From Ramazzottius varieornatus (lineage: Eukaryota; Animalia; Tardigrada): a stretch of DNA of 64,000 nucleotides. Position 1 is the first letter of the stretch. Each line of letters opens with the position of its first letter. The notes beneath the pieces were generated by a model. That model saw only the letters and a list, made by a program, of their open reading frames with translations, was not told where the DNA came from and did no database searches. Below are positions 26,919-38,975 of the stretch, piece by piece. The translations under genes were made by a program, and so were the position numbers. Location of the stretch: NCBI GenBank assembly GCA_001949185.1, contig BDGG01000007.1, positions 1,012,730 through 1,076,729 of the forward strand, written 5' to 3'.

Positions 26919-29113
26919 ATGACGGAGCGACAGAGATTCGGACGCGGTGGTCCAGCTCAACCTGCCGACTCAAATAGTCAGGACGAGAATGGCGGACAGC
27001 GTTTCGGCAGCCGAGGAAGCGTTGACAGCAGCAGCAGCAGCAGCAGTGTTCCGCTGCCCCGTGGAGATGATCGTGGGGACAAGCCACAGTTTGGCGGAAG
27101 TGCCAGTGTCAATCGAGGTAGGAGGTTTAGCTTGTAAAAAGTTCCTTGCCTTGTCTGTGGTGCTAGTGCAGACAGGAAGCTCTTGCACAGCAGAGGGAAG
27201 AGTAACTGCTTCTGTCCCTCTTTCTTGAATTTTGAGTATGCTCGTGCTCGCCTCACCATCGTTTTCGACGTAAACTGTAGGCGTGACATCGGCAGTGCTG
27301 ACTGAGCTTGGCTCTTATCCGATCATGCGCGTAGGTCCGTAGAACAAGTGTGCGCATGCGGTAGCTTTGTGCAGTTTGCACCTTGTCCGAAATATTTCAT
27401 GCACATGCATACCAGATCTCAGATGTTTTCCGTTTCAGGAAATCCTCCTTTCGGCGGTCGCCAGCATGAATCACAGGAGACTCACGGTGTTCATGGACGA
27501 GATAGGGATCAGAAGTCGAACGATGGTCATAATCCCTTCGCTAACAACCGTGATCAAGGCTCGAATGATGTGGGAAACGGTCGGGCGCCTTTCGGTAACC
27601 AGAACCCTGCCGCTTCCCGGCCTGTCTTTGGTAGTGGTCGTGGAGGCGAGCGAAACTCGCACGACGCTCGCAGCACGAGCTTTGGTAACGGTGGTGAACG
27701 GGGTGATGGTCGACCCAGTGCGAGATTTAGTAGTCGTTCCTTTGAGAACACAGCCGGTCGATCAGACGAAAACTTTGGTAGAATGCGCTCTGACGAAGAG
27801 CAACATCGACCAGCTGCTGCTCGTGGTAATACTAGTTTCGGTGGCCGCGATGCTGTTGACAGTCGTCACTCGGACCGAGGAGGTTTCGCGAGGGACGGTC
27901 GAGACTCAAGAGACGACACACGTTCGGTCGGCTTCGGAATTGGCGATCAGCATCAAGCTGCTCGTCAACCCTTGACTTCTTCCACCAACCTTCCACAGTC
28001 TCGTCCAGTTCCAGACGACAACCAACAGAAAGCCAGCGAAGCTCAGGAGAAATGCAAGAACGCGGCGGCTCAAATTAACAAGGTAACGTTAAAGGTTGGG
28101 TTTTCTCTTCGCTTCCTTGATTGCAGTATCGCTACTCGTACTTTATGTCAAGCTGGCTTGGATTGTGATTCTAGGTTTTGTTCGAAACTCGCGACTTCTC
28201 GGATGTGATCCTGGTACCGGAAGATGGTATGGAAGTTCACGCCCATAAAGTCATCCTGGCAGCTCGATCACCACTCTTCCGGGAAATCTTCTTCGGTCCT
28301 GCTAAGCAAGCAACAGCAGCCGAGAAAGCGAAGCAAGAATCGGAAGAGGAGGTCGAAGCTAATGTCACCGCTGAAGTGGAGACGCGTGAACAGCAAATGG
28401 GGAAGAGTGATAGTGGCGAGGCTGACGAAGAACAAGGTGAAGCTGGCACTGAGAGTGAGAAGGGCGAAGCTTCGGAGACAGAAGAAGGTGAGACGAAGGA
28501 AGAGGAAGGCAAGAAGACAGTAGAAACCGAAGAAAAGAGCGTCCAGGAAGCAAACCAAGTCAAGGCTGTGCCGAAGAAGATGAAGAAGAAGCCGGCCGAG
28601 GCGGCGTTGAAAGAGGAAGCAGTCAAGGCGGAGTCAGAAGTGAACCACGATGACGAGACCGTGCTGGAAAAGCCGAAAAAAGACCAGGTCAAGGCCGTGC
28701 CGGCAGACGCAACGGCTCAGACTGACCATCACGCGGAAGTTAGCCGTTTAGAGATGGGAGGGATGTTCTCCAAGAAAGTCGTCGAGATCTTTCTGGAGTT
28801 CGTCTACAAAGGTGAAGCGGTCAACTGTAGTCATGATGAGATGCATTTGGTCTTTTTGTTGGCTTCAAAGTACAAGGTGGAAGATGTCCGAGACCTGGCC
28901 GCCTTGGAGCTGACGAAGAACATCACGGGAGATACCTTCGTCAAGCTGCTGATCACTGCTACGGATGAAGGCAGTGTCGTGATGAAGCAGAAAGTGATGG
29001 ACTTCATTGTCAAGGAGCGAAAGTCGGTGCTGCAACGCGACGACTTCAAGAACCTTCGCATCGGGAACAGCCCGCTGTATCTTGACATTCTGGAGAGTTT
29101 GGCTCTTCACTAA
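26919..29113 (+). CDS. RG/FG-rich disordered N-terminus fused to a BTB/POZ (BACK-like) domain
   Basis: Exons 26919-27117, 27439-28082 and 28175-29113 join in frame. BTB motifs 'FSDVILV....EVHAHKVILAARSPLFREIF' and 'VVEIFLEFVYKG....LFLLASKYKVEDV'. Confidence 0.8.
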
Positions 29114-29722
29114 AGTTCGTTGTTACTTTGTTCTTGTTTCGATTCTCATTTAGAGTGGTAATACGTATAACATAGATGTTGAATCTCTGTTGTGACCAAA
29201 GAAACTTTGTTGTTCCCGTTATAGTGAAACCTTCCGTTGACTTTTTCCTTGTTGGACTTCCGGCCGTATTCCAACTTGACGCTTACACTGTCCTTAGTTT
29301 TCTCTCTTTTTGTTCAGACTTGTTGGCGAGTGTCAGAGATGGTTAGGTTACAGTTTTACCCCTTTACCTGCATTGATACAGAAAATTTTTTGGAGCAACA
29401 GAATTATCCCGGATGCTTGTCAGAAGATCCCAATTTTCCAGGCTTATGTGGCCTTGGGCACGGCCTCGATAGACACATTTTCCGCTGTCCTTCGGTACGG
29501 ATGGGTCCGAGTTCCGTTGGACGGCATCCGCCAAGTCGTGACCGTAATGGATCGGCCGTGCCGTCGTTCCGTTAGCATCGCTCGGGCAGAATCTGAGTGA
29601 CTCCAGCAGTCGAAATTCTTCATCTTCTCGATGTTAGTTGTGCACATTTTTTTCCTGAATCTCGATATGATGAAACCATGTTTCTGTGTTATTCTTAGTC
29701 TCTGAAAGAGCGTTAAGGAAGT

Positions 29723-31204
29723 ATGGAACCGTCGGTATCCAGTTCTACAGGAAACAAAGATATCCACTTGGTTAGAATGGACAAGGCCAAGGCGCAGGCG
29801 GCGACTAAGGATATCAGCAATCTGCTCCATCAAGCTTTTGAAAAGCACAAGACCGTGACCAAAGGTTTGTTTTCATATGTTTTGCGGAGCCCGGATATCC
29901 AGGCTCTTCTTGATGTATTACGCTTGTAGGTTATGCGAAAGTGGAAGAAGAGTTACGCAAGATGAAGGAAGAAAGCGAGCAAGGTAATTCTTTTTGGAAC
30001 ATTTTGATTGTTGATTTATTTTAATACCGTCACGTGGTAGAATGCGTGCCTGCGCCGAGACGCTTTTCTTTGCGTATCACGTGTCTGATACGTTTGCTAT
30101 GATTCCGTTACAGATAAGAAGGAGTTGTTTGCTTTACGGAGACGGAATCATGGTGAGAATAAACTTTCGTCGAGGAATCGCCGTATGTCATCAATATACT
30201 GATGTAGTGATGTTGTATGCTTGTAGACCTGAACGAGGAGCTGAAGGAAGTGAAGAAACGTATAGCGGACTTGTCTTCCTCTAACGAGCGACTTCGAAAA
30301 GAAGCAGACAGATGGTAAACTCCACTCTGTTCTTCGAACACTGATCTCGAATTAGGTTGGATATTTTGTTCAGAACTGATTTTCTTCAGGAGTCACGAAG
30401 CAACAGTGAATATAGGTCTGGCGAGGGAAGCTAAGGGAGCCCTGGCGGAGTTGACAGCAGGCAACTTGAGGAACCTAACTGACAACATTTCCCATCAGCC
30501 ACTTCGCACCATCCAGCCTTTGGCGTCTCCTGCCCAAAAGCAATCAATGCCCACACCTGCCACGGTGACGCCTTCTCGCAGTTCCAACAAAGAACCTCCT
30601 ACCGTTATCATCGACATCGTGGACAGTGATGGCGAAGAGAAATCCTCGCCATCTCCTTCCCTACCTCGCAAAAACCTCTTCAATGGCCACTCCACTCCCA
30701 CAGCCGCAGCAGAAGTAGCTCGTGTTGCAATGTTGGGAAGCCTCATTCCCGAGTCGCCAGACTTCCCTGTTGAAGACAATAGCTTCAGCTCGGAAGGAAG
30801 TACTAAGAAGAGAAAGTCGGAGGAAGATTGGGAAGACCGAGCTGAGTCGAGAAAGCAGGAGAACAAGCAAAAAGAGCGTCCGTTGCAGACCAACACTTGC
30901 AAAGTGTGCGAACGGGTAAGTCGGGGCCGTGCCCCAACAAAGGGCTGCGCCATTTCCGTTTCCAGTTGTCGAAATAATTCCGTTGCTGCTGAAGTTACGG
31001 TCGTTTTTTCCTGTCTCGCAAAGTTCTGACACAGTTTGATTCACCATATATTTTTAGTACTGGAGAGCTGAAGATGCGAGGAAGCCCGGGCAGCTGAAGA
31101 CGTTCGATGTTCCTTGGTGTCGAATTCATGGGCGGACCAAGCGTCCACCTTCGACGCCCGAAAACTTCTGGAAGCAGCGCTTGTCGCCTCCTAAAGATTA
31201 CTGA
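29723..31204 (+). CDS. RBBP8: Compact CtIP/Sae2/COM-1 family DNA end-resection factor (~331 aa)
   Basis: Exons 29723-29864, 29930-29983, 30114-30152, 30227-30314, 30390-30915 and 31058-31204, all GT-AG and in frame. N-terminal coiled coil. C-terminal 'CKVCERYW...CRIHGRTKRPPSTPENFW' matches the CtIP CxxC..Y / CSRHR / PPNTPENFW signature. Confidence 0.8.
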
Positions 31205-31884
31205 AATCTTGCCAAGTGTCTTCTTTGGCCTTTCTGTGATTTACTTACATTTTGTTGAACTTCGCCTCTCTCCGAATTTCGTACTTTTCTTCCTTCGATC
31301 TCAGGGGTAGATGGACAATTTATAATGTTACGAAATCTATGAATTTTACTTCCTGCGTAGCTATCACTTGTATCGCGGTAGGTTGCTCATTGTTGTTGAT
31401 AGAAATTCGCTTCCTCTTTTGTACGAAAACCTTTCGGAGTAGTGGAGTGCCGGGGTAGAATATTTTTGAAAATGAAATTCAGTATTCTTTTCTTACTTTG
31501 CTGCTTTTCCATTTCCAGCTATTTCACTAAAAAATGTCGTTTTGTATCGCAGTGCAAAAACAGGGTGCAATAAAAAGTGAACCACAGGTGCAGAATTAGT
31601 GCGAAAAAAAACCGAGGAGGGAAGGATATCGATGAGGACAAAGGCGCATAATAAAATTAGCAATGGCCAAGAACCTGCTCGGAAGATACAGCAACCCAGT
31701 GCAGTGCAACTCTATCTAAAATTCAGGTGAGTCAGTAATCACATGTACGGGTAAGATCACAGCAGAGCGAAACCAGAAGACAAATTCAAGACAAGCGTCG
31801 CGAAGCTAAAATCTAAATAAAGTATTTCCTAGGGTTTGCAAGGAGTACAAGTTATCGAATAATACAAGGAGTCCTCCATGAATC

Positions 31885-33923
31885 TCAGCGCTTCATCTGG
31901 TTCTTGAAAGCCTTCAAGGCCTTGTTCATCAGAGGTGCTGCAAGAAGTTCTAATCAGAGTCGGTGTATAACTGGGAATCTGCGAGGCCGACAAACAAAAC
32001 GCACCCGAAAGTCGTCATTAGCGGCGCACGTTCTCGACCAATAACGCTGAAACCGTGCGTCACTTAGGAAAACCATCTTATCGAGTTCGCTCGCCGCGCT
32101 TCCACTTTACCTTTGGCTGCCTGCTTTGGAGCGCTTGAAGACCACGAAGAACCTCCGGCACGTCTTGAGCGCGGCGGCTGAGGAGCTATCGACATCTTTA
32201 GTTTGGCCTTGATGCCGAGCGGAGAACCGGACACGGAAGCATCGCCCATTCTTACCCGGTTGCCCTTCACGATGGGTCTCACCTCAGCAGACATCACCAT
32301 CGTTTTCCTCACTACACACAAGAATTGAAATTTTCAATTGGCTCAGCAGAACAGGAGCGGCTTTTCCAGACTCAAATGTTTACCCGGTTCTTCCCTAGCG
32401 CGTTTCTTAGCGGCGATGGAGTCCGACAGATTTCGCAGTCTTTCCTCGCGGTCGATAACTTTGCCCTGTGGATGAAGCATCATGTCAGTGTTGGCTTATC
32501 GTCATGGGAAGGACTGTTAACAGACTTACCGCGTGCATGTCGCGGTACGTCATATAGTCGTCTTCCAGATCAGCCCCAGTCTTGAAGTCCCTATCACAGT
32601 GCTTCTGCCAGAGTTCATCTGCGTCTTCCATAAGATATGGATTGAACTGTTCCAACCGAAGTAGCTGCGCAGAGGAACAGGACTCTAACACCGGCTTGAT
32701 CACATCATACGGAATGTAACCGAACTCCTCGATTTCTAAAGAAAACCAAATTCAAGTTAAGTCGACGACGGACAAAGTAACCTTAACCTGGAGCAGAATT
32801 TCGAGAAAACTTCTCACCATCCACATGGTCGATCAGCACCCTCATACAAAGATCGAACAACCTCGGCACTGAAAAAGTACAAGAAAAGCATGCCTAAGAG
32901 AATGTTGTTCCATTTTGTTCTTTCGCTTTACCTTGAGCGAATGACCGATTACGCGCTTTGCCAGAATACATCGCCAACCTTCCCGTTTTCCTCCCCGAAA
33001 TACCCTGGTTAGCTAGTTTACTTCTTTCTTCTGCCACATTGATCGTCGATGTAGACAGCGACGGGAGCGGCGTGAGAAGATAGTCCATCATTGTGGGATC
33101 ATCTTCCAGGTCGGGGAGGGACGACGACGAAAGGTCCATCCGCGAAGTGGATGTCGAAGAGGACGGCTCGCGTTCCTCCCTGTGAAAGGAGGCAGACAGA
33201 CTAGACAGAGCTGAGGCTACAGATCTGTTCTTGGAAGACGCAGGAGCAGCAGGTTTAGACGAAGACTTAGAGGAGGATGTGGACGAAGAGGAAGCTGCCG
33301 TAACCATTTGCGCCGTCAACGCTTTCCAATCGTTGATTAACGATCGCGCTCTTGTTCCAATATCTCCTTCGTGCTTCTTCAACTTTGCCACGACTTTACC
33401 TACTCCCGTTTTCTGCAAGAGGAAAGACAATTAGCGAAACACCAAAGAGAGATATGAACTCGACAACATCGTTTCCCAAGTAGCGCACGCCACCGGCCTA
33501 TTACACTAAGCCGTGCGCCACTTGAGAAAATGATTTTGCCGAATTTGTTTAACGGTGTAAACCATGGCAGCGCCTGTCACGATCATAGGACTTTACACAC
33601 TTACGCCGGTCATACTGTATTACGGTTCAACGTACCGTAAGGCTTTCCAGTGTGACATCACATTTAGTCAGCCTGTCCAGCATTTTCAGCACCTACATGG
33701 AAATCGAGTTGAAATCATGCCAGTGACGTAAGAGTATAGCCGTGTACAAGGCCGTGCCATGGGGCAATTCGCGCTGAATACCCCCAGACAGACAGGTGAA
33801 CAATGTTGAATCTGGAACCAGCTGGTCGTACGGTCGTACCTTGTCCTCCTCATCCTCAGCGATGTATCGTTCTAAACGAAGTTTGTACCGTTCGACCTCA
33901 TCCGTCCTACTGTTGGAGGACAT
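31885..33923 (-). CDS. ELOA: Elongin A (multi-exon)
   Basis: TFIIS-N domain 'KTGVGKVVAKLKKH...ARSLINDWK', 'GRKTGRLAMYSGK', BC-box 'VPRLFDLCMRVL', 'PYDVIKPVLE.C...QLLRLE..NPYL..D.DELWQKHC.RDF' and C-terminal 'APLM.KALK.FK'. Confidence 0.92.
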
Positions 33924-34484
33924 GGTTGGAAGTGGGGTGGATAGAAGGCTTCCGCGGGCAGCAGAAGGATGCAGCAAGGGAAGGATGTTTGACAGTTTGA
34001 GGAAGACTGTAAAGAGGTCGAAGGAACTTATCCAAGATTGCACTGCAACCAGAAGAATTCCTTCACAAACGAGACAGCTACTTTGCAGATAGATCATCCA
34101 AAAACCTAACACATCTATGAATTACAAGATTCTTGGTTCCACACTTACGTAAATTCGTGGGAAAGGATCGTGATGCTGATAGAGACGCTGCTGGTGATAT
34201 GCCACGCTACCGACTACTCAAGCTGTGTTCTTCCAGTCTTCCGCTCGCAAACGAACTCTAATAACCCTAAAGTATCACGAAGAACTGCAAGCTAAGGCAA
34301 ATCTCAGGAACGACAGGGCTGGGAGATAAAGACCACAAGAAACGCGGAGATATCTAGATTTGACGAACGCGAAAATCCACGCTGACCCCAAAATTCCCCT
34401 GTGGCATCGATGACATCACCCAGAAACAGTCCTACGTAGCTTTTGATTTACTTGATTAGGCTCTTTTCTATCCAGTATTTAATC

Positions 34485-35415
34485 CAGCATCCATGGGTGG
34501 CGGCGCCATAGAATAATGACGAGCATTACACGCAGATGGTCTGTGTAATGTAAAGTGTAATGTAAAATAGTGTAATTGTAAAAGTGTAGTTACATTTTAC
34601 ACTAGTTTACATTTTACAGACCGAGCGGTTTATACCGCCTAAAAGTGACAAGGAGCGACGAAAACGACGAACCAGCTATGTCTATGTTTGCATAGAATAT
34701 AGATCTTAGTAATTGTCTTCCAGACAAAGATAAAAATACGGTTGCAAAATGACCTTACTCAGGAAGATTCTAGCATCTTTCCGCGTAAGTCAGCCGAATT
34801 TTAGATTTCTGGCGGCAAAATACTCAGAAATACCGCAGATTCTGGCAGGTAAAAAGTTGTAATTAAATTTTACATTTACGTTACAACTTCCCCGTGGTTG
34901 TAATGTCGTGTAAAAGTGTAATTGTAATGTAAAATGTAATGCTCATCGTTACCATAGAATCCTCAGACCAACCCCTGGCCGTAAGCAGTGACACCTGGGC
35001 AAGTGGTCCTCTGTGCCAGCCGTTGATTGGATTACTTTCTCGAAATCACAAGGCCGCAGCACGCTCCGGCATAGAATTGCTGGAAATACTCCATTTCCTG
35101 AATAAATCTGCGATTGGCTCAATTCGACTACTTTGTTCAGCATCTTTAGCTGTTCAGCGTTCGAGTGCATCTAATCAAGTCAAACGGTGTCGCAACCGCT
35201 GTTTTTAGGTCCGTGTCGTCATGTTCTGATGCTCACTGCACACCTGCGCTCGACACCTGTTCCTTCATTCGCCAAATTCGACAAAAAACTGAGAATTTCC
35301 AGCAAGTCTACTTCAGTCCGGCAGCGCTAATCAGTTGAGTGGCCCCCTAAAGCTGTCACTCCTTACAGCCAGGTGCTGGTCTGAAGATTCTATGGCGCAG
35401 CCACCGATGCCACTG
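34485..35415. mobile_element. MITE with ~60-bp TIRs, left TIR interrupted by a hAT MITE
   Basis: Removing 34514-34959 restores GGTGGCGGCGCCATAGAATCCTCAGACCAACCCCTGGCCGTAAGCAGTGACA, the inverted match of 35355-35410. Exact termini are uncertain. Confidence 0.7.
34514..34951. mobile_element. hAT-family MITE
   Basis: 17-bp TIRs (TAATGACGAGCATTACA and TAACGATGAGCATTACA). 8-bp TSD CCATAGAA at 34506-34513 and 34952-34959. TGTAA subterminal repeats. Confidence 0.9.
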
Positions 35416-35846
35416 CCAGTTAGAGCACGGAATCTGGCCGCATGCGCTGCCCTGTACTGTAGCTGTGCTGTGCTGCAGTACAGCTGCAGCGCGTGAACTG
35501 ACGAAATTTGTGCGACACAGCGCAGCACAGCATACAGCAGAAAGCCATAGACTGTCGCCCAGATGCACCTACCGAAACCTAACAAAAATTACAGTTCTTG
35601 GGCATTCGAACGTCAACCGTCTCAGCTTTGCCGTACTTTAGGGCGACGTTCTCCACGTTCCCTACCGATTTCGCTGTCCGAATTACAACTCACGTCAATA
35701 CATCGGCGTTCCGCGCAGTTGCACCAGGTCAACGTGCAGCAGCAGCATAGCTGCTTAGCCACTGGGCATGAAAGTTGTGCAGCACAGCGATCTGGTAAAC
35801 ACGGGCAGAACAGTTACAGCGTACTTTTGGACCTGCGGCCCAGTGC

Positions 35847-36783
35847 TAGGGTTGTTAATGGATGGATAAGCGGATGGATAAGAACTTATCCGGATACCAT
35901 TTGGATGGATAAAAGGTTTATCCGTATTCAGCTTCTTGGATAAAACTTTTATCCGGATTATCCGAATATTATCCGGTTAAACCAATTACATACAAACATG
36001 TTCAATCACTAGAGCCAAACCGAAACTACCAAACTTTGTAGCGTATCCATTCATCGTCTGTCATCATTGCTACCACAGCTTCAAAAACCACCGTTCAAGA
36101 GTTCAGACATAACTTGAAGGGCCTCAGTTTCTAGGCGGTTATGAAGGACTGTGACGTATCGACCACAACCAGAGAATGCCCTCTCAGGAGGTACAGAAGA
36201 AGCCTATGCAGCCAGAACATCCTTCGCAATGCGGTAACATGTCGGATAGCGGCTTTCCGACATGCTCCAAAATTCAAGGACATCTCGTTTGACTGATTCC
36301 TTTGGATCCAGGAAGAATTGGTCATCTTCGTTAAGCTGGGAGTCTGCTGCCGAAGTGACTTACACCATCGTCCGTTCGCGGATAGACAGCTGCGTATTCG
36401 GAGGTGGAGTAGTAAAGTTCTCAGCAATGTCGGAACTTCCTCTTTGGCTGTAATAAAAAAACTTACAAACAGCACGAGCTATAGTTCGTAAGAACGGAAG
36501 AGTGTAACGAGAAACAATGTTTAATAAGCCGACTTCCGGTAGGCTTTCAACAGCAGAGAGATTGCGCGTCGTTACGATTCTTTCAGACTGCTACGTAACG
36601 TTAGCAAGACGAGTTGGGCTGTTCTGCTTTGATTGTCTGTTTTATTGATTCAGGTAGGTTTATCCTCGGATGGATAAGAGTTTTATCCGATTAGGAGCTG
36701 GATGGATAAAATTCTTATCCAATCCATGTTTTATCCGGACATATCCGGATAAATCCGTTGTGGATGGATAATTAACATCCCTA
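35847..36783 (-). mobile_element. Internally deleted hAT element
   Basis: TIRs TAGGG(T/A)TGTTAAT. 8-bp TSD CCCAGTGC at 35839-35846 and 36784-36791. GGATA subterminal repeats. The - strand keeps the hAT dimerisation remnant 'LEFWSMSESRYPTCYRIAKDVLAA*ASSVPPERAFS'. Confidence 0.92.
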
Positions 36784-36929
36784 CCCAGTGCTCTACTGCC
36801 AGTATCCAGGAAATTACTGTACTTCATTTTTCCGAAATTCCGATGCCTTCTCAGATTTTGTTCATTCTATCGATGAAATTTTGTGCTGTCTAGGGATTGC
36901 TGACTGTACTGAAGACACCGTACGTGACG

Positions 36930-38347
36930 ATGGACTTCGCGGCACCGGAACTGGAGTTTGCGCGGAAGCTGGCCGCAAACGATAAGCTTCAACGAGACCG
37001 GGCGATGCGCAATCTTTGGCGATGGCTCCGCTCCCAGAGCTCGAAAGGCAAAAGTAAGCTGACTGGATCCTCTAAAAACGTATGGTTATCCGTAGTATCG
37101 GTCTTCTTTTCCAAATTCCTAGAGTTCACACAGAAAGAATTACTGCTCGTCTGGAAAGGACTTTACTACTGCATGTGGATGAGCGACACTCCCCTGGCGC
37201 AAGTAAGTCCCTGGTTTCGTTCGCGGACCTTTTTGGACTCGCGAAACCACTGCTGGAGTTTCAGACGAATTCTGCCTGAATGGTTGTACAGTAATTCGTA
37301 CAGCTCGTGTCGGACTTTTTCCTCCCAGACAGGAAGAGCATGAAGATGCTTTTCTTCTCTTCTGGCTCAGTAGTGAGTACGCCGTAAGGGACCCGTTGGG
37401 TTTCGGGGTGTAGCGCACGGGCTTTCTTTGACTTTTGGGGCTTGTAGCACGGCCTCTTCCGCATTGATCGGTTTGCCCGGGTTTGGCAACTTTGGCTCTT
37501 TTTCCAGGAGGACCTGACGGAAAACATTGTGAAGCTTGCCGATTGCTTCGAAAGTCAACCTTCCAGCTTGCTCAGTTTCTTCGACGCATTTTTCCAGACC
37601 ACGGCAAAGGAGTACTCACGGCTGGACCGATTTAGGCTCGACAAGTACCTCATGGTAAGGCAGTGAATGAGTTTCCCGTCAAACATGACTGTTAAATATT
37701 GTTTCTCTTTTTTCTTATCTTAGCTCACAAGAAGGATGCTGCGCCGCATCCTACGGACTCTCGATAGTAAGGGCTGGAAGAAACAAACCGTCCGAAAATA
37801 CTTTGAGCGTTTTCAGCATCACGTTTTTTCCGGCGACGAAACCAAGTGCCCCGAAGGCCTTCAGAACTTCTGCAATGAAATATTCCTCGACGAACTCACC
37901 AAGGTTCTCTCTCCCGAGGAAGAAGAAGAGCAAGAAACCAATGGCCGGAATAAAGTGGATTTGACCGTAATGTGGATCGTGTTTTGCGATTCGGTCCTGT
38001 TGACAAAATCGTAAGTCGATCTTATCGTTCTTAAAAGAAATGGAATTAAGTTAATTTGATTTTTGTTGTTCTTAACCAGGCCCTTCTTACGCAATTCCAT
38101 CACGAAGAATCTGTTTGAAGAACTCTTGCGACACGAAGAAGTACGGGGAGCAGTCGACTTGAAAGAAATCTCGTCTTACGCATTCGAAAAAGGCAAAGAC
38201 GAAAATTGTCCGGTCAGACATCGGAAAGCTCTTTACCATATTTACAGTTTATTCAAGTCTTCCTTGGGTAGAATAACATCACAAACTTTAAAGAGTAGTT
38301 CTACTGTTGAAGAAACAAATGACAAAGAAATGAAGAATGTTGAATGA
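36930..38347 (+). CDS. RRP1: Ribosomal RNA processing protein 1 (Nop52 family), multi-exon
   Basis: 'EFARKLAANDK..RDRA...L..WL', 'LLLVWKGLYYCMWMSDTPLAQEDL', 'RLDRFRLDKYLMLTRR', 'GLQ....IFLDEL' and 'RKALY'. Confidence 0.9.
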
Positions 38348-38794
38348 ATTTTATTCTGAACGGCAAAGTTTTTTGCTCAGCAGGAGAAACAGAGGTAAAC
38401 TGCGAAAATCAGAAATAAAATAAATCGAAGATGTTTATTGAGGACGATGAATTTTCGTTCTGTAAAACGTACATCGTTTCATCTGATTGTCGTGAAACTC
38501 GAGCAAAGACACTGTGATCGAGCACATCATTCCTATCAAACCGTGGTGAATCCGATGGCTTACTTTGTTCACTTTGAATCATCTCGCATCTTTTCTTATA
38601 AGACTTGTATGGCCTCACAATAAACACACCTGCCAGGTATTCTTACGAGGAAATCGCGGTAATACTAGCTTCATAATAATTCAACGGTTCTTAAGGCTAT
38701 AATCAATTGAGAGGTTGTCAGCTGCTTGGCGGGCCATTTTTTATTTGTGCTATAAGGCTCCAGCGTAGTATTAGTATTTTGTCACTTTCAGTTC

Positions 38795-38975
38795 TTTCTA
38801 GTTCCTACTATCACAGTATATTCCTTTCGCTTTATCGGTATCACGCATCCTCGATTAAAAATGAGAAACGTAAGTTGGGAATCTCGGCAAGTAAGATCTA
38901 CTAGATCGTTTTTAATCGAGGATGCGTGATACCGATAAAGCGAAAGGAATATACTGTGATAGTAGGAACTAGAAA
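38795..38975. repeat. Perfect 67-bp inverted repeat spanning the start of the Gly-rich gene
   Basis: 38795-38861 is the exact reverse complement of 38909-38975. Confidence 0.97.

Noticed and set aside
28237-28692. Ser/Phe-rich antisense ORFs here and at 25045-25425
   Set aside because: They are shadows of Glu/Lys-rich sense coding sequence.
37040-37125. Non-canonical GC donor in RRP1 intron 1
   Set aside because: A canonical GTAAGC donor 6 nt downstream gives the same phase.
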